Of a stretch of DNA of 64,000 nucleotides, positions 42,101-53,511 are shown piece by piece. The stretch is from Octopus vulgaris (Eukaryota). Every line of letters starts with the position of its first letter. The first letter of the stretch is position 1. The stretch spans positions 6,200,001 to 6,264,000 of the forward strand of contig OX597814.1 in NCBI GenBank assembly GCA_951406725.2, in the 5' to 3' direction. A model generated the notes under the pieces. That model searched no databases. It was not told the DNA's origin and saw nothing but the letters and a program-made list of their open reading frames with translations. The translations under genes were made by a program, and so were the position numbers.

Positions 42101-42645
42101 GTACTGAAATGGGGTGGGTGGGTGTTGTTCTTTGGAAGGATTTCAATCTAAGAAGAACAACAAAATGGTTATCAGAGCAGATTACTGGAATTCATTGATA
42201 AGAAAAATATTTGGTATGTAAAACACAATGAGGAAATTTTGTTGATCAAATTTCTTAACCGAAATCAAATTTGAGCAGGAAGCAAAAAAAGATGGGCTGC
42301 AACGAAACACTGATCATAGAATTTCTCAGAGTTGAACTTTGGTTTTTGTGTAGAGAACTGCAGTATGTTGCAAATCAAAATTTCATCTTTGCCAATCAAT
42401 AAATGCTACAGAAGTCAGCTTCTTTTGTCTTTCATGTTGAGAAGTGTGCATGGGTGTGTGTGACACATTGAAAATGACTTGCACAAACACAACATATCTA
42501 ATTATCTAGAAAAAAAAATTAATAAAGATAAGACCACACCTCTCTCTCTCTCTCTCTCTGCACCACATCAATGAAACACACTTGCATGCATGTCTGTATA
42601 TTATATCACAGCAATTACTTTCCCCATTGAAGTGTATACAGGAAA

Positions 42646-43027
42646 GAGGCGCAATGGCCCAGTGGTTAGGGCAGCGGACTTGCGGTCATAGGATCACGGT
42701 TTCGATTCCCAGACCGGGCGTTGTGAGTGTTTATTGAGCGAAAACACCTAAAAAAGCTCCACGAGGCTCCGGCAGGGATGGTGGTGATCCCTGCTGTACT
42801 CTTTCACCACAACTTTCTCTCACTCTTACTTCCTGTTTCTGTTGTACCTGTATTTCAAAGGGCCGGCCTTGTCACTCTGTGTCACGCTGAATATCCCCGA
42901 GAACTACGTTAAGGGTGCACGTGTCTGTGGAGTGCTCAGCCACTTACACGTTAATTTCACGAGCAGGCTGTTCCGTTGATTTGGATCAACCGGAACCCTC
43001 GTCGTCGTAACCGACGGAGTGCTTCCA
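42646..43027 (+). mobile_element. tRNA-derived SINE, family B head with a different 3' half (tail type 2)
   Basis: GAGGCGCAATGGCCCAGTGGTTAGGGCAGCGGAC..GGTTTCGATTCCC. The first ~180 bp are shared with the 15286 and 38874 copies; the rest is unrelated to them. Confidence 0.85.
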
Positions 43028-43299
43028 TTCAGTAAACAGGAGCATGTTAAAGACAAGTGTACACAGCTCCACATTGATAATGTTTCTCGTTTTCTCTACT
43101 TAGGAACAAAAGTTCCATCTTAGTTCCAAGTGAACATCAGTCACAGATATATGATGTCACAAATCATGTTATGTCATATATGATCTGTCCAATCCAGACA
43201 TTCCAGCCTGTCCACTTCACTTCTTAACTCCAATTCTCAACCAACGACAAACATGTTGCTATTAACATGACAGGAATCAAGACAATACTCTCTCTCTCT

Positions 43300-43664
43300 C
43301 TCTCTTTTACTTGTTTCAGTCATTTGACTGCGGCCATGCTGGAGCACCACCTTTTAGTACTTATTCTATCGGTCTCTTTTGACGAACCGCTAAGTGACGG
43401 GGACGTAAACACACCAGCATCGGTTGTCAAGCAATGCTAGGGGGACAAACACAGACACACAAACATATACACACACACTTACATATATATATACATATAT
43501 ACGACAGGCTTCTTTCAGTTTCCGTCTACCAAATCCACTCACAAGGCATTAGTCGGCCCGGGGCTATAGCAGAAGACACTTGCCCAAGATGCCACGCAGT
43601 GGGACTGAACCCGGAACCATGTGGTTGGCTAGCAAGCTACTTACCACACAGCCACTCCTGCGCC
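43300..43664 (-). mobile_element. SINE family A with an internal ~40 bp deletion (left boundary of the duplication)
   Basis: CACCACCTTTT|AGTACTTATTC lacks the ATCGACCCCGGGACTTATTC segment. The same deletion is in the copy at 49495-49848. Confidence 0.9.
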
Positions 43665-43679
43665 TTATATATATTATAT

Positions 43680-43944
43680 AATAGTGTACATTTAAACACA
43701 AAAGAAAACTACCCTTTAACAGGTAATTTTTACATGCTAGAAAGAGCAGCCAACATGTCAAAACCACGATTTAATAGCAATTTTCGAAGTAAATGAAAAA
43801 TAAAAAAATAACAAGGTAAAAGTTTTTTATTTACTTCGAAAATTGCTATTAAATCGTGGTTTTGGCCGTGTTGGCTGCTCTTTCTAGCATGTAAAAATTA
43901 CCTGTTAAAGGGTAGTTTTCTTTTGTGTTTAAATGTACACTATT
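43680..43944. mobile_element. Foldback MITE / palindrome with ~115 bp arms (second copy 49864-50130)
   Basis: AATAGTGTACATTTAAACAC...TTTTCGAAGTAAAT is mirrored by ATTTACTTCGAAAA...GTGTTTAAATGTACACTATT. Confidence 0.88.
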
Positions 43945-44672
43945 TTAAAATATGAATATGTTGTCTGTTGACCATTTATACATGCTAGGTTACTGGTGGT
44001 GATATTTTATAACGAATATTCACTACCCTATATATGTATGTATATATATACGGTTAAGTAATTGAGATTCAAGTGAATTCTAATGAATTCACATGAATAT
44101 GGTCCTTAACTAGGATGCACCGGAAATCTATATGGTGTTAACCATACGACAAGTGGGGTGATTACAAATAGGAAAAAAGCAACAAGAATGGATTAAAATC
44201 TCGGTACAATCGTTTCGTACGAGGACATCTTTAATAAGCTACAAAAAATGCAGTGAATACAGATGGCTCGTACTCGTCAGCCGAAAAAACATCAGAGAAT
44301 TCCCAAACATCAAAAGGAGTAGATACAAAAGAGGGTGTAAGATTAACTGCATTGAAGAAAGTTCGATTCATGGAGATCCGATGAAAGGTTTTAAACTTAC
44401 AGAATTTGTGCATGTCTACATATAGCTCATATTGAATTGCTAATCAAGTTGTGTGAAGAAATTTTCGGATAAAGTCATGCAAAATTTCTGAAAATCCGAG
44501 TAAGAAGCAAAGTGACTGTCATATTGTGTAGAGGAACAGATTGTTATTGAAATTTACAAGAATCGCAGATAAGTTCGATTCTTGGAGATCCGATGAAAAG
44601 TCTTGAACTTACAGAATATGTGCATGTCCTTATAGTTCATAATCCAGTTTTGTGAGGAGATTTAGGGTACAA

Positions 44673-45223
44673 TCATGCAAAAATATCAGGGAATCCGATT
44701 CCCTGATATTTTAGCATTTCATCATTAATATGGTGAACAGTTTTATTCCTCGGGGCCAGTATAGCCTTTTCGCCAATCCAATCCATATTCTGATAATTAG
44801 CTTGTAGATCTGGGAACACTGCATCTCTGAGATCAGAAGGGGTCTTAACAATGTTACAAATGGAATCGATGGCAATATTACCATTTTCATCCCCTGGTAT
44901 TTTGCCTTCGCCAAGTGCAAGGAGGGTGTGAGGAAATGCTGCTGATGTGATATTACGTCGCATATGAGCACGCATATTGGTGTGAAGTTTGAGAGTTACT
45001 TCCCTTTATTTAAAAAAATATGCATTAAAAAGGAAAAAAATGATGGTAAATTATTTGTAAACTCATAGACTCATCGTAGACGTGCGCTAATACCCAGAAG
45101 GGCTCGATATGAATCACGACTATAAGATACCCGGTTTTGGTTAAACTGCATCGCAAAATGTGGGAGTAGTTAGGAATCTAAATCGGAGTAGACAGACACA
45201 CAACCTTTCTTTTATATATAAAT
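44673..45223 (-). mobile_element. Internally deleted Helitron: 5' end plus PIF1 helicase fragment (second copy 50864-51413)
   Basis: NMRAHM..AAFPHTLLALGEGK..LRDAVFPDLQANYQNMDWIGEKAILAPRNKTVHHIND is a Helitron helicase segment. The minus-strand start TTTATATATAAAAGAAAGGTTGTGTGTCTGTC resembles Helitron 5' ends. Confidence 0.8.
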
Positions 45224-46011
45224 ATTTTCGTCCTAAAAAACTTTGTATGGATTGAATGGTTACCTCTATGGAAATATATACACGTACATCATACATACAT
45301 GTGTGTATAGATGAATATATAAATACATTTAAATATCTATATACACTTTTGGGCGATCTTTCTGTTTCTTAGAGATAACTTTATCCCGTCCGATTCGCTC
45401 CAAAATTTACAAGGACATGTAGAATGAGGTGACAATGCTCGTGGGCTACCTTAGAAATCCCTATCTTAAAAGGTGTGGTTGCTAGGGGCCATCTTCCTCA
45501 CTCACCCTATTTCCTCCAGTACCCTCTCACTCCTCTACATATGACAGGCCACTACGGTTATTTAATGTAAAGTCTTCCTCAAATCATTCTCTCGCTATTT
45601 ACTCTCTTCCAAGAACATTTTCACTCACTCTTATCTCTTAGCTTCCCATACATTTTACTCATGTATCTATCAGCGTCATAGACAGAAACAAATATTACAT
45701 CGCCATCGCCTTCTATTGTCTACCTGTCAACACACACACAGTGAATTACTTTCACTTTATTCGTTGCACACTGTGTGTGTGCGTGTGCTGTATCCCACAC
45801 TAAGAAAAGCACTTGACTCATACACCACAATGTGAGTTTTCTCTAAATTTTGCTTAATTGGGGTTGAAATTTTAAAAAGTGGACCTGGCAAGACCCAATG
45901 CATTCTACTCTTAAAAATGCTAGGTAAATTGTAATTGAAGAAATCCTATATTGTAGATTTCTATAAGAGACAAAGGGAGGCAGATAAAATCTGCCTTTTA
46001 TAATAAGAGAT

Positions 46012-46177
46012 ATACAACAGGCTTCTTTCAGTTTCCATCTACCAAATCCACTCACAAGGCTTTGGTCGACCCAAGGCTATAGTAGAAGACAGTTGCCCAG
46101 GGTGCCATGCAGTGGGACTGAACCTGGAAGCATGTGGTTGGTAAGCAAGCTACTTACCACACAGCCACTCCTGTGCC
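46012..46177 (-). mobile_element. SINE family A, 5' half (second copy 52202-52367)
   Basis: tRNA-like head through GGAAACTGAAAGAAGCC. Confidence 0.85.
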
Positions 46178-46668
46178 CTGTTCAGGCTTGGATATAAACA
46201 TGTAGTGTAAAACATTCAGACATCATCATTATCTTCCCATATCCTGTGGTACATTCTTTCGCCATAGCCACAAGAATGATGAAAATAGCTCTTCCTTCCC
46301 ATTTGAAGGAAGGAGGCGTGACAATATTGACGATAGACTTGATTGATAAACCGACTCGTCCCACACACGACAGCAGTCGTTCGACATAGATAGAAAGATC
46401 GATATAGATAGAAAGATAGAAAGATAGTGGGTGGCACAAAGTGTAAAGGACGTAAATAGCGCTATAAGCGAGGGAGATAACTAGAAACATATTTGCGTTT
46501 CTAATAAGTCGAGGAAGTAAACTGTAAATACGGAGACGTACTTGCATAGCAAGTAATTTGATCTGAGATCGTGTGCTGAAACGAAAACAATTGCAGCGTG
46601 GAAGGTGTTTGTAAGCCATTTAAGAAACACACAAAAGCCGTTCGATTCACTTCAACATTTAAGTTTAA

Positions 46669-46718
46669 TTTGTCAAAATATTTTCATCGCTAAAATCCGC
46701 GACCTGTTCACTGATAAA
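46669..46718 (-). ncRNA. Minimal type-I hammerhead-like motif (variant core), copy 1 with two stem substitutions
   Basis: Homologous to 52863-52912; one stem I mismatch and one G-U in stem II. Confidence 0.35.
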
Positions 46719-46774
46719 GTCCGTGCTGCATCTCTGTAAATATTTCCCGCAAAATCTTACGTATTTGAATCACT

Positions 46775-47434
46775 ATGGCAGAAGGTACTTCTGTTAACGA
46801 TGTTGCATCAAGCATGTCTAAAAAGCGGCAAGATTACCTTGGATGGGATGATTACTTCATGTCAGTGGCTTTCCTCTCTGCTAAACGTAGCAAAGACCCA
46901 ATAACTCAGGTAGGAGCTTGTATTGTTAATGAAGATCGACGTATTGTTGGCACCGGATATAACGGTATGCCTCGAGGTTGTAGTGACGATGTTTTTCCTT
47001 GGTGCAATGAAGGTCCCACTGAGCTACAGAAGAAAAGTCTCTACGTATGTCATGCTGAGCTTAATGCTATTCTCAATAAGAACTCTGCAGACGTTCGCAA
47101 TTGCACTATGTATGTCAGTTTGTTTCCATGCAATGAATGTGCTAAAGTCATTATACAATCTGGAATTAAAAAAGTAATATTCTATTCGGATAAATATAAG
47201 GACCGAACTACCTCTCAAGCTTCTCGAATTATGTTTAAAGATGCTAAAATAGACTGTCACCAGTATCAACCTACAGACGAACAAATTGTTATAGATTTTA
47301 CTTCAATAGAAGAAAAGAAAAACCGGATTATAAGTTCAGACAGACAAAATGTTACAGCTTTTACTTCATTAGATAAAAAGAAAGACCGGATTAAAAGTTC
47401 AGATTCACACCTTTTTTCTGAACTTTCATTTTAA
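46775..47434 (+). CDS. DCTD: Deoxycytidylate (dCMP) deaminase, intronless, 219 aa, copy 1 (C-terminal 21-aa duplication)
   Basis: [28 protein letters not shown], Zn motifs VCHAELNAI and LFPCNECAK, and IVIDFTSI all align with metazoan DCTD. Intact single ORF with ACTATGG start context. Confidence 0.95.
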   Translation: MAEGTSVNDVASSMSKKRQDYLGWDDYFMSVAFLSAKRSKDPITQVGACIVNEDRRIVGTGYNGMPRGCSDDVFPWCNEGPTELQKKSLYVCHAELNAILNKNSADVRNCTMYVSLFPCNECAKVIIQSGIKKVIFYSDKYKDRTTSQASRIMFKDAKIDCHQYQPTDEQIVIDFTSIEEKKNRIISSDRQNVTAFTSLDKKKDRIKSSDSHLFSELSF

Positions 47435-47640
47435 TCAGATGCGAACATAAACACTTGGAATTCATTATATTGCCACCATTGCCTTTTCATAATGATATCC
47501 TGTTATATTTTCTAGCTAAAATATTAACTGTTGTATTTTTAACGAACATTTTTATTCCATTTTGTTTTCGTTTGTGTGTACATAACATTTTAACTTCCTC
47601 TTTCTAAGAAAGTGAAACTATCCACATTTGCTCCAATACG

Positions 47641-47828
47641 CAGTAGCGTAGCTGGGGGGTGTGTGTGCATTTTGGGCCGCACTTTTAAAGAGGCTAATGT
47701 GTGTGTGTCTGTATTTATTGTATGTGTGTATAAGTAGTTATATGCTTTATATTATCTATTATAGTAATATTTTTCTGTTGAAATCCGTTTTAAGGCGGTC
47801 AATAGTTTAATTAAAGATGTGTCTATAC

Positions 47829-47881
<53 letters not shown>

Positions 47882-48363
47882 TATTACATATTATATTTTA
47901 TATTTTATATTTCTATTTCCTTGTCTATTTATATTTACTATATATGTTGTATAATGCCTTTACTGATATGTAATGGTGTAATAAAGTATTGATTGAGTAT
48001 CATCTGATGGTTGATGTTTTATTGATTTAAGTATGTTTCTCCATTTTCTAATTTTGTTACATATATATATATATATATACATGTGTATACATATATATAT
48101 ATACACAAGTGTATACATTACACATGAAATGTATTTATTTATAAACTTTAAACTGAACTTCAATTGTTTTATAAACCTAACAGCTTGGTGTACGTAAATA
48201 AACGGCGTAAATTAACGAAAATAAATTAACGGAAATACACGAAGTTGACTACTTTCACTTCTAACAACCAAAGGCATGACTGCCGTTTTTTTTTTTTGTG
48301 AGGGTCCGGGGACAGCAACTAGAAAGGCCTCCCCGGGCAGCACAGATTCTAGCTACGCTAGTG
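47641..48363. mobile_element. hAT-like MITE (second copy 53772-54466)
   Basis: TIR CAGTAGCGTAGCT / AGCTACGCTAGTG (12/13 match); imperfect 8-bp flanks CCAATACG / CCAATATT. Confidence 0.65.
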
Positions 48364-48622
48364 CCAATATTCCCTCTAACTCCATCTAATAAAAAGTTAT
48401 CCGACTTCCACCCAGCATGTTGCGTCTTCTCACTAGCTTTTCTACTACATAGCCACTATTCACTGGAGCTGGTTGATCTCATACCTATTCTACTCAGGAT
48501 CACCCGACTCCCTCTACCCTCTCGTCTCTTATTCATTTGCATAAAACACTACACCTCATCTTTCTCAGACGTTAACTCTTGGAATATCTTTTCTGGAGTT
48601 GTTCAAGAACATCAGTTACATC

Positions 48623-49358
48623 GGTTCTACTAGCGAACTGTGGTCCGGGTGCGCGCAGTCGCGCATCCGCGCTAGCTAGTCGTAAGTAGTCGATCCTACA
48701 ACGACTTTTTAACCCTAACCCTAACTTGTTTATAAAAATAATTTATTTCTTTAGTTTAAAAAAATCATTCACTTTGCATTTTATTTACTTTGTTCGAAAA
48801 ATATTATTTAATATTATTTAATGGTGCGGGAGTGGCTGTGTGGTAAGTAGCTTGCTAACTAACCACATGGTTCCGGGTTCAGTCCCACCGCGTGGCATCT
48901 TGGGCAAGTGTCTTCTGCTATAGCCCCGGGCCGACCAATGCCTTGTGAGTGGATTTGGTAGACGGAAACTGAAAGAAGCCTGTCGTATATATATATGTAT
49001 ATATATATGAGTGTGTGTGTGTCTGTGTTTGTCCCCCTAGCATCGCTTGACAACCGATGCTGATGTGTTTACGTCCCCGTCACTTAACGTTTCGGCAAAA
49101 AGAGACCGATAGAATAAGTACTGGGCTTACAAAGAATAAGTCCCGGGGTCGATTTGCTCGACTAAAGGCGGTGCTCCAGCATGGCCGCAGTCAAATGACT
49201 GAAACAAGTAAAAGAGTAGAAGAGAGTAAAGAGTAAAGAGTAATTTTCTTTGATCTGTATTCAGCCTTGAAATACAAACATACGCGGAAGTCGTTGTAGG
49301 ATCGACTACTTACGACTAGCTAGCGCGAGTGCGTGCACCACTGTTCGCTAGTAGTACC
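48623..49358. mobile_element. Mutator/MULE-type MITE with 9-bp TSD and a nested SINE (second copy 54726-55462)
   Basis: AGTTACATC is duplicated at 48614-48622 and 49359-49367. TIRs GGTTCTACTAGCGAAC..CGCGCTAGCTAGTCGTAAGTAGTCGATCCTACAACGACTT are mirrored at the right end. Confidence 0.85.
48823..49240 (+). mobile_element. SINE family A nested in the MULE MITE (second copy 54925-55344)
   Basis: Full-length match to 21404-21826. Confidence 0.92.
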
Positions 49359-52300
49359 AGTTACATCAACTTAAACAGTTTCGGAGTCGCCTACGAAAGG
49401 TCACCAGTGCAGACCCTCACAGGTCAAACCAAACCATAAAAAAAAAAAAATTAGTCTTATTAGGTTAATTATGTCTTTTTTTTTTATTTTTTATACTTGT
49501 TTCAGTCATTTGACTGCGGCCATGCTGGAGCACCACCTTTTAGTACTTATTCTATCGGCCTCTTTTGACGAACCGCTAAGTGACGGGGACATAAACACAC
49601 CAGCATCGGTTGTCAAGCAATGCTAGGGGGACAAACACAGACACACAAACATATACACACACACTTATATACATATACATATATACGACAGGCTTCTTTC
49701 AGTTTCCGTCTACCAAATCCACTCACAAGGCATTAGTCGGCCCGGGGCTATAGCAGAAGACACTTGCCCAAGATGCCACGCAGTGGGACTGAACCCGGAA
49801 CCATGTGGTTGGCTAGCAAGCTACTTACCACACAGTCACTCCTGTACCTTATATATATTATATAATAGTGTACATTTAAACACAAAAGAAAACTACCCTT
49901 TAACAGGTAATTTTTATATGCTAGAAAGAGCAGCCAACATGTCCAAAACCACGATTTTAATAGCAATTTTCGAAGTAAATGAAAAATAAAAAAATAACAA
50001 GGTAAAAGTTTTTTATTTACTTCGAAAATTGCTATTAAATCGTGGTTTTGGCCGTGTTGGCTGCTCTTTCTAGCATGTAAAAATTACCTGTTAAAGGGTA
50101 GTTTTCTTTTGTGTTTAAATGTACACTATTTTAAAATATGAATATGTTGTCTGTTGACCATTTATACATGCTAGGTTACTGGTGGTGATATTTTATAACG
50201 AATATTCACTACCCTATATATGTATGTATATATATACGGTTAAGTAATTGAGATTCAAGTGAATTCTAATGAATTCACATGAATATGGTCCTTAACTAGG
50301 ATGCACCGGAAATCTATATGGTGTTAACCATACGACAAGTGGGGTGATTACAAATAGGAAAAAAAGCAACAAGAATGGATTAAAATCTCGGTACAATCGT
50401 TTCGTACGAGGACATCTTTAATAAGCTACAAAAAATGCAGTGAATACAGATGGCTCGTACTCGTCAGCCGAAAAAACATCAGAGAATTCCCAAACATCAA
50501 AAGGAGTAGATACAAAAGAGGGTGTAAGATTAACTGCATTGAAGAAAGTTCGATTCATGGAGATCCGATGAAAGGTTTTAAACTTACAGAATTTGTGCAT
50601 GTCTACATATAGCTCATATTGAATTGCTAATCAAGTTGTGTGTGTGAAGAAATTTTCGGATACAGTCATGCAAAATTTCTGAAAATCCGAGTAAGAAGCA
50701 AAGTGACTGTCATATCGTGTAGAGGAACAGATTGTTATTGAAATTTACAAGAATCGCAGATAAGTTCGATTCTTGGAGATCCGATGAAAAGTCTTGAACT
50801 TACAGAATATGTGCATGTCCTTATAGTTCATAATCCAGTTTTGTGAGGAGATTTAGGGTACAATCATGCGAAAATATCAGGGAATCCGATTCCCTGATAT
50901 TTTAGCATTTCATCATTAATATGGTGAACAGTTTTATTCCTCGGGGCCAGTATAGCCTTTTCGCCAATCCAATCCATATTCTGATAATTAGCTTGTAGAT
51001 CTGGGAACACTGCATCTCTGAGATCAGAAGGGGTCTTAACAATGTTACAAATGGAATCGATGGCAATATTACCATTTTCATCCCCTGGTATTTTGCCTTC
51101 GCCAAGTGCAAGGAGGGTGTGAGGAAATGCTGCTGATGTGATATTACGTCGCATATGAGCACGCATATTGGTGTGAAGTTTGAGAGTTACTTCCCTTTAT
51201 TTAAAAAAATATGCATTAAAAAGGAAAAAATGATGGTAAATTATTTGTAAACTCATAGACTCATCGTAGACGTGCGCTAATACCCAGAATGGCTCGATAT
51301 GAATCACGACTATAAGATACCCGGTTTTGGTTAAACTGCATCGCAAAATGTGGGAGTAGTTAGGAATCTAAATCGGAGTAGACAGACACACAACCTTTCT
51401 TTTATATATAAATATTTTCGTCCTAAAAAACTTTGTATGGATTGAATGGTTACCTCTATGGAAATATATACACGTACATCATACATACATGTGTGTATAG
51501 ATGAATATATAAATACATTTAAATATCTATATACACTTTTGGGCGATCTTTCTGTTTCTTAGAGATAACTTTATCCCGTCCGATTCGCTCCAAAATTTAC
51601 AGGGACATGTAGAATGAGGTGACGATGCTCGTGGGCTACCTTAGAAATCCCTATCTTAAAAGGTGTGGTTGCTAGGGGCCATCTTCCTCACTCACCCTAT
51701 TTCCTCCAGTACCCTCTCACTCCTCTACATATGACAGGCCACTACGGTTATTTAATGTAAAGTCTTCCTCAAATCACTCTCTCGCTATTTACTCTCTTCC
51801 AAGAACATTTTCACTCACTCTTATCTCTTAGCTTCCCATACATTTTACTCATGTATCTATCAGCGTCATAGACAGAAACAAATATTACATCGCCATCGCC
51901 TTCTATTGTCTACCTGTCAACACACACACAGTGAATTACTTTCACTTTATTCGTTGCACACTGTGTGTGTGCGTGTGCTGTATCCCACACTAAGAAAAGC
52001 ACTTGACTCATACACCACAATGTGAGTTTTCTCTAAATTTTGCTTAATTGGGGTTGAAATTTTAAAAAGTGGACCTGGCAAGACCCGATGCATTCTACTC
52101 TTAAAAATGCTAGGTAAATTGTAATTGAAGAAATCCTATATTGTAGATTTCTATAAGAGACAAAGGGAGGCAGATAAAATCTGCCTTTATAATAAGAGAT
52201 ATACAACGGGCTTCTTTCAGTTTCCATCTACCAAATCCACTCACAAGGCTTTGGTCGACCCAAGGCTATAGTAGAAGGCAGTTGCCCAGGGTGCCATGCA

Positions 52301-52862
52301 GTGGGACTGAACCTGGAAGCATGTGGTTGGTAAGCAAGCTACTTACCACACAGCCACTCCTGTGCCCTGTTCAGCCTTGGATATAAACATGTAGTGCAAA
52401 ACATTCAGACATCATCATTATCTTCCCATATCCTGTGGTACATTCTTTCGCCATAGCCACAAGAATGATGAAAATAGCTCTTCCTTCCCATTTGAAGGAA
52501 GGAGGCGTGACAATATTGACGATAGACTCGGCTGATAAACCGACTCGTCCCACACACGACAGCAGTCGTTCGACATAGATAGAAAGATAGATCGATATAG
52601 ATAGAAAGATAGAAAGATAGTGGGTGGCACAAAGTGTAAAGGAGGTAAATAGCGCTATAAGCGAGGGAGATAACTAGAAACATATTTGCGTTTCTAATAA
52701 AGTCGAGGAAGTAAACTGTAAATACGGAGACGTACTTGCATAGCAAGTAATTTGATCTGAGATCGTGTGCTGAAACGAAAACAATTGCAGCGTGAAAGGT
52801 GTTTATAAGCCATTTAAGAAACACACAAAAGCCGTTCGATTCACTTCAACATTTAAGTTTAA

Positions 52863-52912
52863 TTTGTCAAAATATTTTCGTCGCTAAAATCCGCGACCTG
52901 TTCACTGACAAA
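52863..52912 (-). ncRNA. Minimal type-I hammerhead-like motif (G3:C8 and U17 variant), Penelope-like
   Basis: Minus strand: TTTGTCA-GTGAACA-G-GTCGC(GGATTTTA)GCGAC-GAAA-ATATTT-TGACAAA. Perfect 7-bp stem I, 5-bp stem II and palindromic AATATT stem III. Confidence 0.45.
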
Positions 52913-52968
52913 GTCCGTGCTGCATCTCTGTAAATATTTCCCGCAAAATCTTACGTATTTGAATCACT

Positions 52969-53511
52969 ATGGCAGAAGGTACTTCTGTTAACGATGTTGC
53001 ATCAAGCATGTCTAAAAAGCGGCAAGGTTACCTTGGATGGGATGATTACTTCATGTCAGTGGCTTTCCTCTCTGCTAAACGTAGCAAAGACCCAAGAACT
53101 CAGGTAGGAGCTTGTATTGTTAATGAAGATCAACGTATTGTTGCCACCGGATATAACGGTATGCCTCGAGGTTGTAGTGACGATGTTTTTCCTTGGGGCC
53201 ATAACAGTCCCAGAGAGCTAGATAACAAATATCCCTACGTATGTCATGCTGAGCTTAATGCTATTCTCAATAAGAACTCTGCAGACGTTCGCAATTGCAC
53301 TATATATGTCAGTTTGTTTCCATGCAATGAATGTGCTAAAGTCATTATACAGTCTGGAATTAAAAAAGTAAGATTCTATTCGGATAAATATAAGGACCGA
53401 ACTACCTCTCAAGCTTCTCGAAAAATGTTTAAAGCTGCTGATATAGACTGTGACCAGTATCAACCTACAGACGAACAAATTGTTATAGATTTTACTTCAA
53501 TAGAAGAATAG
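52969..53511 (+). CDS. DCTD: dCMP deaminase, intronless, 180 aa, copy 2
   Basis: Intact HAE and PCxxC zinc motifs. [16 protein letters not shown] matches the canonical DCTD loop. Ends at TAG 53509-53511. Confidence 0.95.
   Translation: MAEGTSVNDVASSMSKKRQGYLGWDDYFMSVAFLSAKRSKDPRTQVGACIVNEDQRIVATGYNGMPRGCSDDVFPWGHNSPRELDNKYPYVCHAELNAILNKNSADVRNCTIYVSLFPCNECAKVIIQSGIKKVRFYSDKYKDRTTSQASRKMFKAADIDCDQYQPTDEQIVIDFTSIEE

Larger units (their letters stand above)
43307..49474. repeat. Tandem segmental duplication, unit 1 (~6.17 kb)
   Basis: Colinear with 49494-55580 at an offset of ~6190; ~99% identical outside the DCTD ORF (manual comparison). Confidence 0.95.

Noticed and set aside
42646-42720. 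tRNA gene
   Set aside because: It has A/B boxes but no intact acceptor stem and continues into a SINE body; it is a tRNA-derived SINE head.
44673-47434. Helitron capture or rolling-circle amplification of DCTD
   Set aside because: The Helitron 5' end (~45223, minus strand) points away from the ORF in its own unit, and the duplication breakpoints lie at a SINE tail rather than at Helitron termini.
46775-47434. Viral or bacterial horizontal origin of the intronless deaminase
   Set aside because: Motifs ([44 protein letters not shown]) follow animal DCTD closely and no other viral genes are nearby. A phylogeny would be needed to exclude it fully.
48709-48726. (TAACCC)n as telomeric sequence (also ~24628-24644 and 54812-54828)
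   Set aside because: Only 2-3 units, internal to MITEs.
52969-53511. Differences between the copies as fossilised A-to-I edits in retrocopied mRNA
   Set aside because: Most of the ~26 differences are transversions; only a minority are A/G.
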